DNA of 64,000 nucleotides from a virus: IMG/VR virus record IMGVR_UViG_3300010885_036069, positions 32,001 to 96,000 of that record; one strand, 5' to 3'. Shown piece by piece: positions 55,958 to 64,000 of this stretch (position 1 is its first letter; each line of letters starts with the position of its first letter). The notes under the pieces were generated by a model. It saw only the letters and a program-made list of their open reading frames with translations, ran no database searches and was not told where the DNA came from. The position numbers and the translations under genes were made by a program.

Positions 55958-56755
55958 ATGACAAACATTCATGCAGACCTCGTAAAAATGGCAGTTCCGA
56001 TTAGTTCCCTCCAGCATCTACAGGGGAACCCAAGAGTCGGTGACGTTGCTGCTATCAAGTCCTCGTTGGAGGAGTTCGGTCAGCTCAAGCCAATTGTTAT
56101 CTTTGATAATGGTGATGACACCTACACGATCCTTGCGGGCAACCACACCGTTCATGCTGCACGCGATCTCGGCTGGGAAGAAATAGCAGCAGTAATTGAA
56201 ACCGAAATGGATATGAAGAAAGCAATTGCGTTTGCTCTCATTGACAATCGAGTTTCAGAACTTGGCCACTCGGACACCGAATTGCTCACAGAAGCGATTA
56301 TTGATGTTTCGGATGTTTATCCGAATGTGTTTGAAGGTGTTGGCTGGGATGACTTTGAAATTGCCGCCATGTACACCGATCATTCCCAGCAAGACTTTGA
56401 AGGAGCATTGGCCACTGGTCAGGCGGGCGGGTATATCGCCCCTGTGATTATTTCAGAGCCAGCCAAGCCGAGTGTAATTCCCGTTTCCTCTACTGATGAG
56501 GAGGATGGACCTCGGCTGGTCGCTCCCGTTGGAACTGATGAAAAGTTGGCAGTTATTTCTGGGGTCGGTGGAGCAACTTCACAAACCGATTCATCAAAGA
56601 AAGCACTGATTCAATACACGCTAATTTTTGATGAAGCCGATCAAATGTCTCGTTGGTGGGAGTTCATTAAGTTCCTTCGTGGTTCTGCCGTCTACGAGGG
56701 CGACACGATCACGTCAAAGCTCATGGACTTTATTGAAGCGCATGGAGAGTTCTAG
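55958..56755 (+). CDS. ParB/Sulfiredoxin N-terminal domain protein
   Basis: NPRVGD, SLEEFGQLKPI, ILAGNHT, DNR. Confidence 0.88.
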   Translation: MTNIHADLVKMAVPISSLQHLQGNPRVGDVAAIKSSLEEFGQLKPIVIFDNGDDTYTILAGNHTVHAARDLGWEEIAAVIETEMDMKKAIAFALIDNRVSELGHSDTELLTEAIIDVSDVYPNVFEGVGWDDFEIAAMYTDHSQQDFEGALATGQAGGYIAPVIISEPAKPSVIPVSSTDEEDGPRLVAPVGTDEKLAVISGVGGATSQTDSSKKALIQYTLIFDEADQMSRWWEFIKFLRGSAVYEGDTITSKLMDFIEAHGEF

Positions 56756-57919
56756 ATGACGCGTCAACGCATGTTCCTAGACATGAGTTGTGTAGATGCA
56801 GCCAGGGAGCGAATGCGTCATATCTATGACGTGTTTGACACTGTGTGCGTGCAGTTCTCTGGAGGCAAAGATTCAACTGCCGCTCTTTTGCTTGCAAAAG
56901 AAATCCATGAAGAGCGCAATCTTGGGCCAGTAAAGGCAATCTTCCGTGACGAAGAAATGGTTTCCCCGTCCGTGCTTCGCTACATGGAGTGGATCCGAGA
57001 GCAACCGTGGATTGATCTTGAGTGGTATTGCTTGCCAATGGCTCAAGAGGTTTGGGTTCTCGGTCAACGCTTCTATGTTCTTCTTTGGTCAAAGACTAGA
57101 GAAGATCGCGGCTACTTGGTCCGAGAAAAACCCGAGTGGGCCATTACTGCCGAAAGTTTTGGGCTTGATCCTTATAAGTCGGTTCCTGAACCGATTGACT
57201 ACTACACGATGCAGGGCAAGACCGGAATGACTGCATTTATCATGGGCGTTCGCGCCAATGAATCAATGATGCGCTACCGGTCGTGCGTTCAAAAGTTGCA
57301 CGAGAACTACATTGTTCAGCCTTACCAGTTGAAGAAAAGCATTCCATTGCGATTTGCTAAACCGATCTACGACTGGACAACGGACGATGTATTGAAATTC
57401 ATTGCCGACGAGCATGACTTCCCTTATTGCGAGTACTACGACTTAGCAAATCTGAGCGGTGCAAATTCACGCGTTGGCATCCCGCTTCATTCTGTTGCTA
57501 TTCGCAGGATTAACGATGTTGTTGTCACTGAGCCAGAGTTCTACGACCAGTTGTATCGAGTATTTCCGCAGATTGATGCACAGCGCAGGCTTTGGAAAGA
57601 CTTTGACATTGAAAGGCTTATCACCGACTACGCAAGCGACGGTTGGGATGGCGTTCGTGACTGCATTGCCGACTCCATGCTCACCCCAGGAACTGCTCGA
57701 TCGGCAATGAACTATGCGAGTAAGTACCGAAAGAAACATGCGACCGATCCTTGGTCGTACCCCATTGAGTGGCTGATCAGGACGCTAATGCTGAACGAGT
57801 TCCACTCAATGTCACCGACTCCAATTGGGCCAAAGACAAAGGCCTATTCTCAGCGAATGAAGATTGCCCAAGAAGTTGCTGCCGCAAACAGCCTTGACGC
57901 TATGGATGACTTTAGATGA
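56756..57919 (+). CDS. PAPS-reductase-like PP-loop protein (YbdN/IbrA-like)
   Basis: FSGGKDS, FRDEE, GVRANESMMR, PIYDWTTDDV. Confidence 0.88.
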   Translation: MTRQRMFLDMSCVDAARERMRHIYDVFDTVCVQFSGGKDSTAALLLAKEIHEERNLGPVKAIFRDEEMVSPSVLRYMEWIREQPWIDLEWYCLPMAQEVWVLGQRFYVLLWSKTREDRGYLVREKPEWAITAESFGLDPYKSVPEPIDYYTMQGKTGMTAFIMGVRANESMMRYRSCVQKLHENYIVQPYQLKKSIPLRFAKPIYDWTTDDVLKFIADEHDFPYCEYYDLANLSGANSRVGIPLHSVAIRRINDVVVTEPEFYDQLYRVFPQIDAQRRLWKDFDIERLITDYASDGWDGVRDCIADSMLTPGTARSAMNYASKYRKKHATDPWSYPIEWLIRTLMLNEFHSMSPTPIGPKTKAYSQRMKIAQEVAAANSLDAMDDFR

Positions 57920-58470
57920 ACATTGCAACATTGGAAATTGAAAATGTAAAACCAGCGATTTGGAGGACGGGGTATATCCTTCGTCCTGAGTACCGAACGC
58001 TCAGAGACTCCATGGCCGACTATGGCTGGCTCAGTCCTATTCTCGTTCGTGAGGCTGACTATACGATCATTGATGGGTTCTTTCGCTGGCAGTTAGCAAG
58101 CACCGACAAAAAGGTGTCCAAGAAGGTCGGCAATCAAGTTCCTGTAATTCTGGTTGATTGCGATGAAGTTGATGCCATGATTATGCATGTGCGAATGAAT
58201 CGCTCAAAAGGCCAGCCAGTAGCAAAAGCCCTTTCTCGGTTAGTCAAACGGATTGAGTTCACCAAGAAGTACGACGAGCGCGATCTGCAAAGTCTTCTTG
58301 GAATGACCTATGAAGAATTCAATGTGCTTCTTACTGGGTCGTTGCTGAAGACTCGCAAGCTCAAGGAATACAAGTATTCAAAGGCTTGGGTTCCGGTTGA
58401 AGTTGCTCCAGAAGATGCAACCGTGAGCGGTTCAATCTCAATTGAGCGACCACCCACGCCTGATCAGTGA
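57916..58470 (+). CDS. ParB-like protein (YbdM/IbrB-like)
   Basis: YGWLSPI, IIDGFFRW, VRMNRSKG, LGMTYEE, YSKAW. Confidence 0.85.
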   Translation: MNIATLEIENVKPAIWRTGYILRPEYRTLRDSMADYGWLSPILVREADYTIIDGFFRWQLASTDKKVSKKVGNQVPVILVDCDEVDAMIMHVRMNRSKGQPVAKALSRLVKRIEFTKKYDERDLQSLLGMTYEEFNVLLTGSLLKTRKLKEYKYSKAWVPVEVAPEDATVSGSISIERPPTPDQ

Positions 58471-58527
58471 TGCCGAACACCGCCCCATTATTGGTAAGTT
58501 ATGGAAAAGTATTCTCTAGGGGTGAAA

Positions 58528-58890
58528 ATGCCAAGGCCAGCAAACCCATACGACGATTTTGAAATTATGGGCAGCACAAATCCTAATAACTTCGTTCCAG
58601 CCATTCAGGCTGGCAACAATGTTGGTGGTCAACCTCGGGCCGTTGTTGCCGCGCCAGGTTCATCAGGTGAGCGTGCAGCCTTGGGGGCGGCTGACTTTGC
58701 TGCACGCAATCGGGTCACACCACGAGCGCGACAAGTCAGTACTCGCCGTGGCACCACTCCTTCCAGACGAACCTCGGTAACTCCAAATCGTCGTCAGCGG
58801 GCAGCAGGGGCCGTCAATAAGGTTCGTCGTCGGGCTGCAAGTCTTGCCGATCGGACCGCAAATCGCCTCCGCCGAGGTCGTCGTCGCTAA
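58528..58890 (+). CDS. Arg-rich basic protein
   Basis: C-terminal half is very Arg-rich and ends in RLRRGRRR. Confidence 0.65.
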   Translation: MPRPANPYDDFEIMGSTNPNNFVPAIQAGNNVGGQPRAVVAAPGSSGERAALGAADFAARNRVTPRARQVSTRRGTTPSRRTSVTPNRRQRAAGAVNKVRRRAASLADRTANRLRRGRRR

Positions 58891-58904
58891 GGGAGTGATG
58901 AGTA

Positions 58905-59534
58905 ATGCTCGTTGACTCCGATGATCTAGCGACATATATGGATATTGGTCGGTTTAATAACCGCCAAGAAGACAACGCAAATTTGATTATTGCTGGTGTT
59001 CAATCCGAGATTGAAACATTCCTTCGACGACCCATTGAGCCAGTTGAATTGGTTGAGGAGTATCGCATCCCTGAGGATTACCTCTATGTTTCAGCGACTG
59101 CCTACTTCTACGATCACACCACCGATACAAGTGTTGACCCCATTGAGCGAGTTGTTCAACCCCCGTATGTCCTTCACTTGAATAACTCTCCAGTAGTTGA
59201 TGTTTCACTTGTTCGCCGCAAGGGACTGAATGAAGCCTCTTGGACGACGATGACCCCAGGACAGCAGTATTCAGCCTCCAAGTGGGGCATTGATATGTTT
59301 AATGTTGTATCTTTTGACAATATTGAGGTTACATATACTGCCGGCCTTGATGGGGATGCAATTCCCTACCTGAAGCTCTTAGTGCTTCGCGTTGCTTCTC
59401 GTGAAATGCAAAACCTCACCGATGATGTTGTTGGTCTTAAGGATCTAACAACGAGAGAGGTTGCCGTCCGAGATGTTGGCCTCACCGACGGTGATAAGGC
59501 AACTCTTAAGCGGTGGCGACGTAGGCAGATCTAA
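58905..59534 (+). CDS. Head-tail connector (adaptor) protein
   Basis: LV..DDLATY...IETFLRR, SPVVDV, VTYTAG; position at the start of the neck genes. Confidence 0.8.
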   Translation: MLVDSDDLATYMDIGRFNNRQEDNANLIIAGVQSEIETFLRRPIEPVELVEEYRIPEDYLYVSATAYFYDHTTDTSVDPIERVVQPPYVLHLNNSPVVDVSLVRRKGLNEASWTTMTPGQQYSASKWGIDMFNVVSFDNIEVTYTAGLDGDAIPYLKLLVLRVASREMQNLTDDVVGLKDLTTREVAVRDVGLTDGDKATLKRWRRRQI

Positions 59535-60052
59535 TGGCCGTTAGTCGTTCAGATGTTGAACTGATTATTGATGTTGATACTTGGGATGCTAAGCGCCTAA
59601 TTCGCGACATTAAAGATCGAGCATCGTCCTATCGTCGTATTTTTGAAATTGCAAGATTGAACCTAGAGGCGCTTAATGCAACGCACTTTGCAACCTCTGG
59701 AGCGGCACCATCCGGAAAGGCTACGCCTGGAAGGGGAAGTGCAGGTCCATGGGCGCCGTATGGTTCTTGGACTGCACGTGCCGGTCAGCCAGTGACAATG
59801 AATCGCTCTGGAAGGTTGATGGAGTCGCTGACAAATCTTCGTGGCGCCCCCAATGACATCGGGCGCTCCTCTGCGACATTCGGAACCAATGTAGAATATG
59901 CGGGATATCATCAGTACGGAACAGATAAAATGCCGAAACGCCCAGTCGTCTTTGAGCCAACAGGTTTTGCCGAAGAACTTGGTGAAATGACTGGCTTCTA
60001 CTTGACCGGCGATGCCTCTATTGTTGGTTTGCGAAAGTTGTTTGGGAGTTAA
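59534..60052 (+). CDS. Virion morphogenesis protein (Mu gpG-like neck protein)
   Basis: RSGRLMESL, FGTNVEYAGYHQYGT.KMPKRP. Confidence 0.85.
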   Translation: MAVSRSDVELIIDVDTWDAKRLIRDIKDRASSYRRIFEIARLNLEALNATHFATSGAAPSGKATPGRGSAGPWAPYGSWTARAGQPVTMNRSGRLMESLTNLRGAPNDIGRSSATFGTNVEYAGYHQYGTDKMPKRPVVFEPTGFAEELGEMTGFYLTGDASIVGLRKLFGS

Positions 60053-60057
60053 TTATT

Positions 60058-60672
60058 ATGATGCAAGGGCCGTGGTTAGCAAAAAAATTCGTTACCGATT
60101 ATTTGGCTAGCGACATCCCTCATCGCATTATTGAACACCGGAATGCTTGGCAATTGGATTCAGAGCGTCTTCCTGACCCCGAACTCTATGTTGCTTATGA
60201 GCCAGCAGGGCTAGAGGTTTGGCCAACAATTATCACCATTCAGATGAATACTGGATCTCTAACTCGGACCGATTATTCCAATTGGTCCACTGATCCAAAT
60301 TACCGAGTTACCTACAATCTACGAACCTATATTTGGGTTCGCGGAGAAGGTCCAGAGCAGACAACTGAAAGTCGCGATCGACTCACTGCTGTTGTACGAG
60401 CATCAATGTTAGATCATGCCGCCATGCAGGTTCTGTCAACAGGATTTTTCTCTCACATGGACGCTGATGTTCTGATGGATGAAACCTCACTCCGTGAGGA
60501 ATATAGCGATCTCTCGTATGCGAAGGGTGATCGGGTCATTGCTGGAGCTTACCTCGCTTATGAACTCTCCCTCAACGAGCAAATCACGAGGACTAAGGTC
60601 AGTGACATTGATTCATTTGACATTGATCCAGCCAATCTTGGCTGGTCAGATGTTTTACCAACAGATGAATAA
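60058..60672 (+). CDS. Putative tail terminator
   Basis: Position before the sheath gene; WPTI motif and size fit. Confidence 0.6.
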   Translation: MMQGPWLAKKFVTDYLASDIPHRIIEHRNAWQLDSERLPDPELYVAYEPAGLEVWPTIITIQMNTGSLTRTDYSNWSTDPNYRVTYNLRTYIWVRGEGPEQTTESRDRLTAVVRASMLDHAAMQVLSTGFFSHMDADVLMDETSLREEYSDLSYAKGDRVIAGAYLAYELSLNEQITRTKVSDIDSFDIDPANLGWSDVLPTDE

Positions 60673-60715
60673 TAGTTCCACCGGTAAGTAAAAGTTATGG
60701 CGTAAAGTTGCGACG

Positions 60716-61072
60716 ATGAGCGAAATCACTGTTGTCAATAATCAAAATCATCCCCTCATGGTTTCCTCCGATGGCCTCATGGCCGTCCCGGGCGAACTAG
60801 TTGTTGTTGATTCCGAAGACAAAATTGTCAATTCGGTGATTAAAAATCAACTGGTTTCGGTACTTTCGCCACAAAAGCCAGTTGAAGTGGCAGAATCTAC
60901 ACAAGAAACAATTTCAACTGAGGAAGAAATCTCACCCGAGGTCATTTCTGAGGATTCGGTTGCAGAACCGGAAGCCGAACCAGAAGTAACCGAAGAAGCC
61001 CCAGAGGCTGAGATTTCAACCCCAGCACGAACGACACGCAAGAAGACCTCGACGCAGGTGAAGGAGTCCTAA
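60716..61072 (+). CDS. Acidic low-complexity hypothetical protein
   Basis: E/P-rich; coupled to the sheath start. Confidence 0.65.
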   Translation: MSEITVVNNQNHPLMVSSDGLMAVPGELVVVDSEDKIVNSVIKNQLVSVLSPQKPVEVAESTQETISTEEEISPEVISEDSVAEPEAEPEVTEEAPEAEISTPARTTRKKTSTQVKES

Positions 61073-62571
61073 TGCCAGGTATCAACGTCACAACCGGCGT
61101 TCGCGTTGGCCCAGAAGGTGCCAATGTAACCCCAGGTTCAACGCTGTTCCTAGTTGGTACCGCTGAACGCGGACCCACCAATCGCGCACGCGCTGTTGTG
61201 AGTATGGGTCAGTTTGAAGCCATCTATGGTGGTTTTTCAAGCTCCTATACACTCCACGACAGTGTTCGCACTTTCTTTGAAGAAGGCGGCACGCGCTGCT
61301 ACATCACGCGAGTACTTGCTGGTTCGCCCGCAGTAGCGACAATTGCTCTTCAAAGCAGCACCCCCGCAACGGTAATTACAATTACGGCTGCTAACGCTGG
61401 AACTTGGGGTAATGAGCTTGAGGTTGAAACGACAACAGTGGATAGCGCACTTTCACTCGTTATCAAATACCGTGGAAGCACCATCTTTACCGGTGGTCCT
61501 TACACTGCGGAAGTAATTGCCGATGGTTCCACAAAGTATCCTTCCGAATTTGCCACAGAAGCAATCAATGGAAGTGCAGCTCTTTCTGAACTTCTTACGG
61601 CAACTCTCACCACGGCCAACAAAGACGACGAAATCGTTGACGACACCTACGCTCTTACTTCAGGTGCTAATGGCTCTACCGTAGTAGCAGCCACTATTGC
61701 TACTGGTCTTGATCTCTTTGATTATGACTTCGGCTCCGGCGCTGTTGCCACTCCCGGCTTTTCTGGTGCAACGGTATGGAATGCAATGCGCGATCATGCC
61801 GTTGCTAACCGTCGAATTGCACTCCTCGCATCAGTCATTGGCGCCACCGTCAGTGACGCTGTTGATGATGTCACTGGGTATTGGGGCGACACCGAAGAGG
61901 GTCGCACTAATGCTTCATACTTGGCCTTCTACTGGCCATGGGTGAAGGTTCCTGACGGCTTTGGTGGCACTCGGGCGCAGTCCCCAGAGGCATTCGTTGC
62001 CGCTGCTCGCGCCCGTGCGCTCCGGGCAAATGGTGCATGGCGAGCCGGTGCGGGCAACATTTCAACCGCACGTTATGTCAAGGATCTCTATGTTCCGGTT
62101 GTTCGAGCCACCGCCGACACCCTTGATGCCGCACGAGGAAACGCTCTTCGGGTCATCGGTGGAGCCGTTCAGGTCTACGGCGCTCGCTCCGCTTCAATTG
62201 ATGAGGGCAACTGGCGCTTCATCACCTACCGAGACACAATCAACTACATCGTTGATCGGGCTGAAGCGGCTCTTGAGCCACTCGTGTTCCGGCCAATTGA
62301 CGGTCGTGGCAATCTCTTCGGTCAGGTAGAAGCAATCCTCACCGGCGTTGTAGATCCCATCCGTACTGCTGGTGGACTCTACGAGGGGTTTGATCCCAAC
62401 ACTGGAGCGCCGATTGACTCTGGTTACTCTGTTGAGGTTTCCTCAGCAAACAATCCAGTTGGCAATCTCGCAAATGGTGTAGTCACTGCAACTGTCGGCG
62501 TTCGGGTTTCACCTGTCGCTGAGCAGATCAATGTGACAATTTCCAAGTCCTCCCTCACCGCTACTGTCTGA
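61072..62571 (+). CDS. Contractile tail sheath protein
   Basis: MPGINV, GTAERGP, FFEEGG.RCY, YWPWV, VYGARS, LVFRP, VSPVAE.I. Confidence 0.93.
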   Translation: MPGINVTTGVRVGPEGANVTPGSTLFLVGTAERGPTNRARAVVSMGQFEAIYGGFSSSYTLHDSVRTFFEEGGTRCYITRVLAGSPAVATIALQSSTPATVITITAANAGTWGNELEVETTTVDSALSLVIKYRGSTIFTGGPYTAEVIADGSTKYPSEFATEAINGSAALSELLTATLTTANKDDEIVDDTYALTSGANGSTVVAATIATGLDLFDYDFGSGAVATPGFSGATVWNAMRDHAVANRRIALLASVIGATVSDAVDDVTGYWGDTEEGRTNASYLAFYWPWVKVPDGFGGTRAQSPEAFVAAARARALRANGAWRAGAGNISTARYVKDLYVPVVRATADTLDAARGNALRVIGGAVQVYGARSASIDEGNWRFITYRDTINYIVDRAEAALEPLVFRPIDGRGNLFGQVEAILTGVVDPIRTAGGLYEGFDPNTGAPIDSGYSVEVSSANNPVGNLANGVVTATVGVRVSPVAEQINVTISKSSLTATV

Positions 62572-62587
62572 TAAGGGGTAATACAAG

Positions 62588-63070
62588 ATGGCAAAGATTT
62601 CACAGCGGCAGATTGTTGCAGCGGTAAAACCGTCTACAGCACAAGCCAGTTCATCAATCGTGCCACCGGATTTCACCGCCAGCGCTCGTCAGTATTTCGC
62701 CCAGGTTTCTGGTGGCGAAGTACAGGCTTCCGTTGAAAAGGTGTATGACGGTGGATCAACCTTCCCTGAGGCTCTTCCGGCCCCAATTGAGGTTGGCGAT
62801 ATTACCGTAACGCGTCATTATGACCCAGAAATTGACGAATCTCTCATTTCTCGAGCTCGTACAATCGTGGGCAAGGCACGCTACGACATTTCAATCTTCA
62901 CTCTGGATGCTGATAATCAGATCCTTCGTGGGCGCTCACGGGTTTACCCAAATGCCCTCCTTGTGAACATTACTGAACCCGAGGGTGATTCCTCGTCAGG
63001 TGGGCCTGCAACGTTCTCGCTTACCTTCTCGTGCGAACAGGTCACTCGACCACCTTCATCTGCTGCCTGA
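62588..63070 (+). CDS. Tail tube protein
   Basis: Follows the sheath; GDITVTR...PEGDSSS...FSLTF. Confidence 0.8.
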   Translation: MAKISQRQIVAAVKPSTAQASSSIVPPDFTASARQYFAQVSGGEVQASVEKVYDGGSTFPEALPAPIEVGDITVTRHYDPEIDESLISRARTIVGKARYDISIFTLDADNQILRGRSRVYPNALLVNITEPEGDSSSGGPATFSLTFSCEQVTRPPSSAA

Positions 63071-63079
63071 ACTATGGAT

Positions 63080-63111
63080 ACTGGGGGTACTCCTTGATGG
63101 ATACCCCCAGT
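63080..63111 (+). terminator. Hairpin after the tail tube gene (terminator or mRNA stabiliser)
   Basis: ACTGGGGGTA / TACCCCCAGT inverted repeat with a weak U-tract. Confidence 0.55.
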
Positions 63112-63162
63112 TCCACCTATGATCTATCTACCTAACCCCAACCTGATTGGATAGTAAATAAT

Positions 63163-63714
63163 ATGGCTGACCCCGTATATACCTTTGGTGCTGATGATGA
63201 CATCACTCCAGAGGACATTGTTATTGGTGAAGTTGAAGACTCCAATGGCAGCGATGTAATTGGTTCTGTTTCCGAGCCAAATCTTCTAAACCAACTTCGC
63301 ACCACACTCTCCAAAAAGGTAGAGCGTGCCGATGTTCTTATTGAAGTTCCAGAACGACCTGGAATGACAATCCGCTATTCCCCCAATGTGACTCAGCATC
63401 AGATCAAGGCATGGCGCCGTGCTTCTGGAGCAGAGCGTAAGGACGGCCTTGATGCTGTTCGCTTCTCGTGTCACGTTCTTGCCAATACCTGCACAGGCTT
63501 CTTCCTTAACGGACACGAGGTCACTGAGAATGGCGAGCCAGTCACATTTGGCGACGAACTCATCATGTCAATGGTTGAGGCCATTCGAGTCTTTGATTGC
63601 GTCCGAGCGGTCTACGGTCTTGATCCGCACGTTGAGGGTGCGGCTCTTGCTGTGCTTGACGCCGCTGGCTTCAATGACGATGTTGAACAGGTGGACCCTA
63701 CGAAGACGCAGTAG
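63163..63714 (+). CDS. Tail assembly chaperone (G-like)
   Basis: Lies between tube and tape measure; ends in VDPTKTQ. Confidence 0.8.
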   Translation: MADPVYTFGADDDITPEDIVIGEVEDSNGSDVIGSVSEPNLLNQLRTTLSKKVERADVLIEVPERPGMTIRYSPNVTQHQIKAWRRASGAERKDGLDAVRFSCHVLANTCTGFFLNGHEVTENGEPVTFGDELIMSMVEAIRVFDCVRAVYGLDPHVEGAALAVLDAAGFNDDVEQVDPTKTQ

Positions 63715-63893
63715 ACGAATTAATTGAAAATCCATTAATTCAGACGGCAGCAAGACTCGGGGAACTGTTCGGAACAGACCCATTAGTGCTTCTTGACTGT
63801 GACATGACGACATGGATGATCAGAGTGGCTTGTGCTAGAGTCATCGCAGAAGATCGCGAAGAGCAAGCACGGAAAGCCAAACAAGGTAGATAA
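63693..63893 (+). CDS. -1 frame extension of the tail chaperone (GT-like)
   Basis: Open -1 frame PYEDAVDELIENPLIQTAARLGELFGTDP...KQGR* overlapping GAC CCT ACG. Confidence 0.7.
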   Translation, partial: GPYEDAVDELIENPLIQTAARLGELFGTDPLVLLDCDMTTWMIRVACARVIAEDREEQARKAKQGR

Positions 63894-63917
63894 TAAGTTT
63901 TAGGGAGGTGAGTTTGC

Positions 63918-64000
63918 GTGGCAACCGCTGATGTAGTCATCAAAATTGATGTTCGCGACGGTGAGGCGAAGCGCAAACTTACCGCCCTAGAAGCTCGACT
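63918..64000 (+). CDS. Tape measure protein N-terminus, truncated by the window edge
   Basis: GGAGGTG RBS; MATADVVIKIDV...; position after the chaperone pair. Confidence 0.75.
   Translation, partial: MATADVVIKIDVRDGEAKRKLTALEAR

Noticed and set aside
56756-57919. cysH auxiliary metabolic gene for sulfate assimilation
   Set aside because: Length, motifs and ParB neighbours fit YbdN/IbrA-like proteins better, and no other cys genes are present.
61072-64000. Contractile injection system or tailocin rather than a phage
   Set aside because: Capsid, portal, protease, terminase and replication genes are all present.
1-64000. tRNA, rRNA, integrase, transposase or intein
   Set aside because: None were recognised by eye; tRNAscan-SE and HMM searches would be needed to exclude them firmly.

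Overview
This window is an internal 64-kb piece of a large tailed dsDNA phage: a contractile-tailed myovirus with an HK97-type head. Its host is probably an Actinobacterium, based on the WhiB, Rpf, actinobacterial-type SSB and TT(A/G)TCCACA boxes. From left to right it holds: endolysin, SSB and WhiB; small accessory genes; a non-coding array of about 21 DnaA boxes at a divergent gene junction; an HDAC-family deacetylase followed by three giant modular proteins; an Rpf-like muralytic gene with a structured leader; a DNA methyltransferase, class II RNR, 2OG-Fe(II) dioxygenase and methyltransferase; a minus-strand head operon (portal-MuF fusion, extended prohead protease, further giant modular proteins, major capsid); terminase; recombination genes; a ParB / PAPS-reductase-like / ParB cassette; and the neck and tail genes up to the start of the tape measure. 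The most striking signal is a set of giant polyproteins at two loci. Their modules start with one of two short recurring tags (D-x-x-x-x-D-x-D-x-D-G-x-x-Q-[ED]-G-T, six copies; C-P-P-G-x4-[GM]-x-[FW]-T-[ND]-x5-C, four copies). Modules are separated by Lys sites resembling prohead-protease cuts and carry interchangeable enzymatic payloads: four GNAT-like domains, an ADP-ribosyltransferase, a DUF3626-like domain, two zinc peptidases, a HipA-like kinase and an HhH-glycosylase-like domain. Several are followed by a small immunity-like gene, and one appears to need a -1 frameshift at an A9 run. All family assignments were made by eye from motifs; no database searches were run.
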